Assembly: GCA_003135855.1 (NCBI GenBank)
Contig: PNBD01000044.1
Location: 10,905-74,904, forward strand
Direction of reading: 5' to 3'
Source of the DNA: Deltaproteobacteria bacterium
GTDB lineage: Bacteria > Desulfobacterota > Binatia > Binatales > Binataceae
DNA: 64,000 bases
The position numbers and the translations under genes are program-made. Positions 58,452 through 64,000 of the stretch are shown here, in pieces (within the stretch, counting starts at the first letter, position 1; the number at the start of each line of letters is the position of its first letter). A model generated the notes under the pieces. It saw nothing but the letters and a program-made list of their open reading frames with translations. It did no database searches and was not told the DNA's origin.

Positions 58452-59468
58452 ATGGCAAAAGTTGCTCTGATTACCGGCGTGACGGGACAGGATGGTTCGT
58501 ATCTCGCCGAGTCGCTGCTCAAGAAGGGCTACCAGGTGCACGGGATGGTGCGGCGGACGTCGAGCTTCGCCACCGGACGCATCGATCATTTGCGCAAAGA
58601 TTTCAGCAGTGATGCGGAAGGACTGCAATTGCACTACGGCGACCTCGGCGACGGCACCGGGCTCAGGCGGATAATCGAGCAGGTGCGCCCCGACGAGGTC
58701 TATAATCTCGCGGCGCAATCGCATGTGCGAATTTCATTCGATCAGCCCGAGTACACGGCCGATGTGGTCGGACTCGGAGCGCTGCGATTGCTGGAGGCGC
58801 TGCGCGATCACAACAAACGCCGCGGCCGCGCCGCCCGTTTGTATCAGGCGGGCTCGTCCGAGATGTATGGCAAGGTCGCCGAGATCCCGCAGCGGGAGAC
58901 CACGCCGTTTCATCCGCGCAGTCCCTACGCCTGCGCCAAGGTCTATGCCCATTACCAGACGATCAATTATCGGGAGGCGTACGGCTTGTTCGCCTGCAAC
59001 GGCATACTGTTCAATCACGAATCGCCGCGCCGCGGTGAGAATTTCGTGACCCGCAAAATCACCCGCAGTGCGACGCGAATAAAACTCGGCGTCCAGGAAA
59101 AGCTCGCGCTCGGCAATCTCGACGCGCAACGCGATTGGGGATACGCGGGCGACTACGTCGAAGCGATGTGGCAGATGCTGCAGCAGGACCAGCCGGACGA
59201 CTACGTGGTTGCAACTGGCGAATCGCACTCGGTGCGCGAGTTTCTCGAAGTTGTGTTCGATCGGCTGAAGCTGCGGATCGAGGATCACGTCATCAAGGAT
59301 GAGCGCTTCTTGCGTCCGGCCGAAGTCGATCGCCTGATCGGCGACGCGTCGAAAGCCAAGCGCGTCCTCGGGTGGGAGCCGACCGTGAAATTCGAAAAAC
59401 TAGCCGAGCTGATGATCGAATCGGATCTCGAACTCGCCGAGCGCGAGCTGCGCGGAAAAGGTCAGTAG
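58452..59468 (+). CDS. gmd: GDP-mannose 4,6-dehydratase
   Basis: [20 protein letters not shown]..., YxxxK and the full Gmd pattern. Confidence 0.9.
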   Translation: MAKVALITGVTGQDGSYLAESLLKKGYQVHGMVRRTSSFATGRIDHLRKDFSSDAEGLQLHYGDLGDGTGLRRIIEQVRPDEVYNLAAQSHVRISFDQPEYTADVVGLGALRLLEALRDHNKRRGRAARLYQAGSSEMYGKVAEIPQRETTPFHPRSPYACAKVYAHYQTINYREAYGLFACNGILFNHESPRRGENFVTRKITRSATRIKLGVQEKLALGNLDAQRDWGYAGDYVEAMWQMLQQDQPDDYVVATGESHSVREFLEVVFDRLKLRIEDHVIKDERFLRPAEVDRLIGDASKAKRVLGWEPTVKFEKLAELMIESDLELAERELRGKGQ

Positions 59469-59473
59469 TCGAT

Positions 59474-62400
59474 TCAGCCGGCGGCCCGCTTCCGCGCGGC
59501 GTCTTCGAACTCGCGCTCCAGTCGCTCGATATCGCTGGCGGAGAGGCTGAAGTACTTCGCTTCCGGGTGATGGAAAACGGCCGCACTGACCGCGCTCTCG
59601 GGATCCATCATGAATCCCTCGGTCAGCTTCACCCCTAGTCCCTGCTTCTCGATTTCGAGCAGGCGGAAGAGCTGATCCTGATCTTCGAGTCTTGGACAGG
59701 CCGGATAGCCGAACGAAAAGCGCTTGCCGTGATAGTGCCCCTGGAAAAGATCCTTCATCGTGAGGCCCGGCGGATCGCCGAATCCCCACATCTGGCGAAT
59801 CTTCAGATGCAGCAGCTCGGCGAAAGCCTCCGCACCTTCGAGCGCGAGCACCTGCAGGATATGCGAGCGCAGGTATTCGCCGTCGTTCTTCCATTGCTCG
59901 GCCAGCGCCCGCACACCGGTGCCGACGGCCGTGACATACATGCAGAGATAGTCCATCGGGCCTGAGCCGCGGGGCGCGACGTAATCCGCCAGGCATAGAT
60001 GCGGCGCGTCGCTTTGACGGCCGAAGGTGAACGACTCGAGGACGGTGTTGCCGTCAGGCGAAAAGATCATCACGGTCCGATCGCCGTCGGATTGCGCGGG
60101 GAAGAATTTGTAAATCGCGTTGGCTGAGATGTCGGCGCGACCGAGCATCAGTTCGGTCACCGACTCGACCGCGGCGCGCAATTCGATTGCTTTGGGATCG
60201 CCGCTCGCGAGCGCCTGCTCCGCATTCTTGAGGCCGAGATGCCGGCTGTAGAGCATCGCTGGATTCACGTATCGAAGTATCTCGCCGAGATCGTAGTTGC
60301 GCAGAACGTGAAGCTTGAGGTCCGGCGGCTTGGGGATCTCGATGTCGCGGCGCACCGTCGATTTGCGCAGCGTCGCGTCTGGTGATGCGTCCACGACTTT
60401 CGGCGCGCTCTCGACAATTTTTCTCGATTGCTCCGCGAGCACGTGCTTCAGCGACTCGCGGCGCTCGTAATCCATGATCTGATTGGCCAGATCCAGGCCC
60501 GACATCGCGTCATTCGCGTAGGCGACCAGCCCCTCGTACTCGGGCGCGATCTTGAGGCGCGTGAAGCGATTGGAGAGAGCGGCGCCGCCGACCAGGATGG
60601 GGCAATCGATGCCCGCGGTTTTCAGATCCTGCGCCGTGATGACCATCATCTGCGCGGATTTCACCAGCAGTCCCGAGAGGCCGATCGCGTCGGGCTGATG
60701 CTCGCGAAATGCCCTGATCAATTCTTCGGGCGGTACTTTGATCCCGAGATTCACGACCTTGTAGCCGTTGTTGCCAAGAATGATCTCGACCAGGTTTTTG
60801 CCGATGTCGTGAACGTCGCCTTTGACGGTCGCGAGAATTATCTTGCCCTTGTTCGCACTCTCGGAGGTTTTCATGTGCGGCTCGAGGTAGGCGACCGCGG
60901 CTTTCATCGCCTCCGCCGATTGTAGAACCTCAGCCACGATCATCTGGTTGGCGTTGAAGAGGCGCCCGACCTCGTCCATTCCCGCCATCAACGGGCCGTT
61001 GATGATTTCGAGCGGGCCGCGCGCTTTCAGCGCCTCGTCGAGATCCTCGTAGAGCCCGTCCTTGGAACCTTCGAGGATGTAGCGCCCGAGCCGGCCGTCC
61101 AGCGGCATCGACTTGCGATCCTCCGCGCTGACAGCACTTTTGCGCGCGCGAAAATATGCAGCGAAGGCGGCAATCGAGTCGTCGCCGCGCCACCAGATCA
61201 AATCTTCGGCGAGCTTGCGCTCCTCGTCGGGAATCGAGGGATAGCGCTGCAGCTTTTCTGAATTGACGATCGCGAGATCGAGCCCGGCCTGCACGCAATG
61301 ATAGAGCATCACGGCGTTGAGCACCTCGCGGCCCGCTTCCGGCAGGCCAAACGACACGTTCGAGATGCCGAGGATCGTCTTGCAATCGGGCAGCGCCTGC
61401 TTGATCAGGCGGATGCCTTCGATCGTCTCGACGCCCGAACCGATATAATTTTTGTCGCCGGTGCCGACCGGGAAGACCAGCGGATCGAAAACGATGTCCT
61501 CCGGCTCGACGCCGTATTTTTCGGTGAGCAGCTTGTGCGAGCGCTGCGCAACCTCGAGCTTGCGCTGACGCGTGACGGCTTGCGCCTGCTGCTTGTCGTC
61601 GTCGATACAGCCGACCACCAGCGCCGCGCCGTATCGCCGCGCCATCGGCACGACCTTTTGAAAACGCTCTTCGCCGTCTTCGAGATTGATCGAATTGATT
61701 AGCGACTTGCCCTGCGTGCGCTTGAGCGATTCTTCGATCACATGATGATCGGTCGAATCGATCATCAATGGAACTTTCACTTTCTTGACTTCGATCTCGA
61801 GAAACTTGGTGACGTCGGCCAGCTCATTGCGATCGGGATCCTGCAGGCAAACGTCGAGGATGTGGGCGCCGCGACGCACCTGCACGCGCCCGACTTCGGA
61901 CGCCTCTTCGTACTTGCCATCGGCGATCAGCCGCTTGAATTTGCGGCTGCCGAGCACGTTGGTCCGCTCGCCGACGATCACCGGCCGAGTGTCGGCGTCG
62001 ATTACCAGCGTCTCGATTCCGGACACCACCGAGCGCCTGAGCGTCGAGCGCTCGCGCGGGCGGCGTCCGGCGACGGCGTCGACGAGCAGCCGGATGTGCT
62101 CCGGAGTCGTCCCGCAGCATCCGCCGACCAGATTCACCCAGCCGTTGTCAGCGAACCGCGCAACCTTCTGCGCGAGCATCGCGGGCGTCTCGTTATAATG
62201 TCCCTCTTCATCGGGCAGACCCGCATTCGGCACGCAGGCCACGTAAAACCGCGACAGCTCGGACAAGGTGCGCAGATGATCGGTCATGAAGTCGGGGCCG
62301 GTCGCGCAATTAAGGCCCATCCAGAGCAGATCGCGATGCGCCAACGAAGTGTAGAACGCGTCGATATCCTGGCCGGCGAGCAGCGTGCCCATCGTTTCGA

Positions 62401-63001
62401 TCGTGCCGGAGACCGCGACCGCGACCGCGCTTGCGGTCTTGTCGATCGCCTGCTCTATGCCAACCAGCGCCGCCTTGCAGTTCAGCGTATCGTTGACGGT
62501 CTCGACCAGCAGCACGTCGACGCCGCCCTCGATCAGCCCCTCCGCCTGGATTCGATACGCGTCGCGCATCTGCTCGAAGGTCACGCCGCCGGTAATCGAG
62601 ATGCTCTTGGTAGTCGGACCCATCGAGCCCGCGACGAAGCGCGGCTTGGAGGGCGTGCTGAACCGCTCGGCCTCCTCGCGCGCGAGAACGGCAGCGATGC
62701 GATTCAGCTCATGCGCATCGGCCGCCAAACCATATTCGGCGAGCACGATAGGCGTGGAGCCGAAACTCGCGGTCTCGATGATGTCGGCGCCGACTTCGAG
62801 AAAGCCGTCATGCATCTCGCGAATCAAATCCGGACGGGTTCGGACGACGTTTTCGTTGCAACCCTCGAGCGTGACGCCGCCGTAATCCGCGGCGCTCAGA
62901 TTATGGCCGAGGACGAACGTGCCAAATGCGCCGTCCAGAACGAGGATTCGCTCGGCGAGCAATTCCTTGAGACGCTTGATCCGGTGGCTATCGGTGGTCA
63001 T
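59474..63001 (-). CDS. metH: Cobalamin-dependent methionine synthase
   Basis: 1175 aa with the Hcy-binding, pterin-binding, B12-binding (DVHDIGKN) and AdoMet activation domains in order. Confidence 0.95.
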   Translation of the reverse strand: MTTDSHRIKRLKELLAERILVLDGAFGTFVLGHNLSAADYGGVTLEGCNENVVRTRPDLIREMHDGFLEVGADIIETASFGSTPIVLAEYGLAADAHELNRIAAVLAREEAERFSTPSKPRFVAGSMGPTTKSISITGGVTFEQMRDAYRIQAEGLIEGGVDVLLVETVNDTLNCKAALVGIEQAIDKTASAVAVAVSGTIETMGTLLAGQDIDAFYTSLAHRDLLWMGLNCATGPDFMTDHLRTLSELSRFYVACVPNAGLPDEEGHYNETPAMLAQKVARFADNGWVNLVGGCCGTTPEHIRLLVDAVAGRRPRERSTLRRSVVSGIETLVIDADTRPVIVGERTNVLGSRKFKRLIADGKYEEASEVGRVQVRRGAHILDVCLQDPDRNELADVTKFLEIEVKKVKVPLMIDSTDHHVIEESLKRTQGKSLINSINLEDGEERFQKVVPMARRYGAALVVGCIDDDKQQAQAVTRQRKLEVAQRSHKLLTEKYGVEPEDIVFDPLVFPVGTGDKNYIGSGVETIEGIRLIKQALPDCKTILGISNVSFGLPEAGREVLNAVMLYHCVQAGLDLAIVNSEKLQRYPSIPDEERKLAEDLIWWRGDDSIAAFAAYFRARKSAVSAEDRKSMPLDGRLGRYILEGSKDGLYEDLDEALKARGPLEIINGPLMAGMDEVGRLFNANQMIVAEVLQSAEAMKAAVAYLEPHMKTSESANKGKIILATVKGDVHDIGKNLVEIILGNNGYKVVNLGIKVPPEELIRAFREHQPDAIGLSGLLVKSAQMMVITAQDLKTAGIDCPILVGGAALSNRFTRLKIAPEYEGLVAYANDAMSGLDLANQIMDYERRESLKHVLAEQSRKIVESAPKVVDASPDATLRKSTVRRDIEIPKPPDLKLHVLRNYDLGEILRYVNPAMLYSRHLGLKNAEQALASGDPKAIELRAAVESVTELMLGRADISANAIYKFFPAQSDGDRTVMIFSPDGNTVLESFTFGRQSDAPHLCLADYVAPRGSGPMDYLCMYVTAVGTGVRALAEQWKNDGEYLRSHILQVLALEGAEAFAELLHLKIRQMWGFGDPPGLTMKDLFQGHYHGKRFSFGYPACPRLEDQDQLFRLLEIEKQGLGVKLTEGFMMDPESAVSAAVFHHPEAKYFSLSASDIERLEREFEDAARKRAAG

Positions 63002-63118
63002 TCTTAAGGGCTCGCCAAAACGACGAGCGACCTCTTAAGGTATCCTAGCGATGCACCCCAGGCAATTTTGGAATCGGCGCGTTTGCTCGCTTTCGGCTGA
63101 GAGAGTGCAGTTCGCGCG

Positions 63119-64000
63119 ATGACTGAGACAATCATAATGCCAAAAACGGGGCGCCTGATGCTCGTGACCGGCGGTGCTGGCTTTATCGGCTCGAATCTGG
63201 TCGACGCGCTGATCGCCGCGGGTATGCGGGTGCGGATGATCGACAACCTGGCAACCGGAAGGCGCGAGTATCTGAACCCGGCCGCAGACTGGATCGACGC
63301 CGACCTTCGCAATGCATCGTCGATCAATCACGCATTCGACGGGGTCGATACGGTTTTCCACGTCGCCGCATTGCCGCGGATTCCGCTCTCGATCGCCAAG
63401 CCGGTCGAGACGCACATGACAAACGTGGTGGGGACGCTGAATGTCCTGATCGCGGCGCGCGATTCGAAGGTGCGTCGCGTCGTATATTCGGGATCGTCGT
63501 CGGTGTACGGCGATCAGAAGACGATGCCGCTGAACGAATCGATGGCGCCGAATCCGCTCAATCCGTACGCGTTGCAAAAGTACGTCGGCGAGCAATACAC
63601 GCGGATGTTTCACCGTTTGTTCGCGATGCAGACGCTCACACTTCGCTACTTCAATGTGTACGGCCCGCGGATGGCTTCCGAGGGCGCATACGTCACGGTG
63701 ATTGCGGCTTTCATGCATGCGCGTCGCGAGAACAGGCCGCTTGAGATTCACGGCGACGGCGAGCAGACGCGCGATTTCACGCACGTCAGCGACGTGGTCG
63801 CCGCCAATCTGCTCGCGGCCGACTGCGAAATCGCGGATGGGCGCGCGATCAATGTCGGGCGCGGCGACAACGTGAGCGTCAAGCGAATTGCCTCGATGAT
63901 CGGCGGTTCCGTGATTCATCGCGAGGGCCGGGCCGGCGACATGCGCGATACGCTCGCGGATCGCAGCATCGCGGAGCAGGTTCTCGGCTGGCGTCCGAAA
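63119..64000 (+). CDS. NAD-dependent epimerase/dehydratase (UDP-sugar 4-epimerase-like), 3'-truncated by window edge
   Basis: LVTGGAGFIGSNL Rossmann motif and a Y..xK-type SDR pattern. The start may be ATG 63119, 63137 or 63158. Absent from the ORF track because it has no in-window stop. Confidence 0.8.
   Translation, partial: MTETIIMPKTGRLMLVTGGAGFIGSNLVDALIAAGMRVRMIDNLATGRREYLNPAADWIDADLRNASSINHAFDGVDTVFHVAALPRIPLSIAKPVETHMTNVVGTLNVLIAARDSKVRRVVYSGSSSVYGDQKTMPLNESMAPNPLNPYALQKYVGEQYTRMFHRLFAMQTLTLRYFNVYGPRMASEGAYVTVIAAFMHARRENRPLEIHGDGEQTRDFTHVSDVVAANLLAADCEIADGRAINVGRGDNVSVKRIASMIGGSVIHREGRAGDMRDTLADRSIAEQVLGWRPK

Noticed and set aside
63002-63118. Possible cobalamin riboswitch upstream of metH
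   Set aside because: metH is not normally B12-riboswitch-regulated (metE is). The 117-bp interval shows only a short direct repeat (TCTTAAGG x2) and no recognisable B12-box.
1-64000. CRISPR arrays, tRNA/rRNA genes, transposases/integrases
   Set aside because: No regularly spaced repeats of CRISPR type, no tRNA T-arm/acceptor signatures in the long intergenic gaps, no transposase or integrase ORFs. The only repeats found are the 46-bp pair around fic and the CGGAC array.

Overview
GC-rich (~65%) bacterial chromosomal fragment. It is densely coded, mostly housekeeping genes on both strands with several lower-GC accessory patches. I support about 55 protein genes.

From left to right:
- A TetR-regulated RND efflux operon.
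- A MazEF-like toxin-antitoxin pair.
- Four tandem FtsX-type ABC permeases with no ATPase.
- A di-haem cytochrome c next to a bacterioferritin-like protein.
- pcnB, ilvE, bcp, two acyl-CoA dehydrogenases, amt, an AsmA-like protein and mug.
- An orphan MoaD/CysO-like sulfur-carrier protein ending in Gly-Gly.
- An ABC-2 exporter, a D-aminoacylase, an LLM oxidoreductase and a GFA protein.
- An orphan, lower-GC, secreted cysteine-rich protein.
- An aaeX-hlyD-HMGS/DUF35-thiolase operon with a divergent TolC-like gene.
- A lower-GC 0.8 kb gap with only micro-ORFs.
- A membrane repeat protein and secreted beta-helix proteins.
- An esterase and a KirBac-like potassium channel.
- A lower-GC Fic cassette bounded by ~46-bp direct repeats.
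- A fatty-acid desaturase and cfa.
- A PerR-like regulator, rubrerythrin, a CCG Fe-S protein and a DUF3501 protein.
- Secreted or outer-membrane proteins.
- A polysaccharide-type locus opened by a NusG paralog (cupin, gmd, an epimerase) and interrupted by an inverted metH.

I saw no rRNA, tRNA or CRISPR. The long ORFs antisense to real genes are high-GC artefacts.

The observations I would look at first are the orphan cysteine-rich secreted protein, the repeat-flanked Fic island, the ATPase-less FtsX permease quartet, the PerR-box/rubrerythrin/CCG/DUF3501 module, and a periodic CGGAC array in a 750-bp intergenic region.
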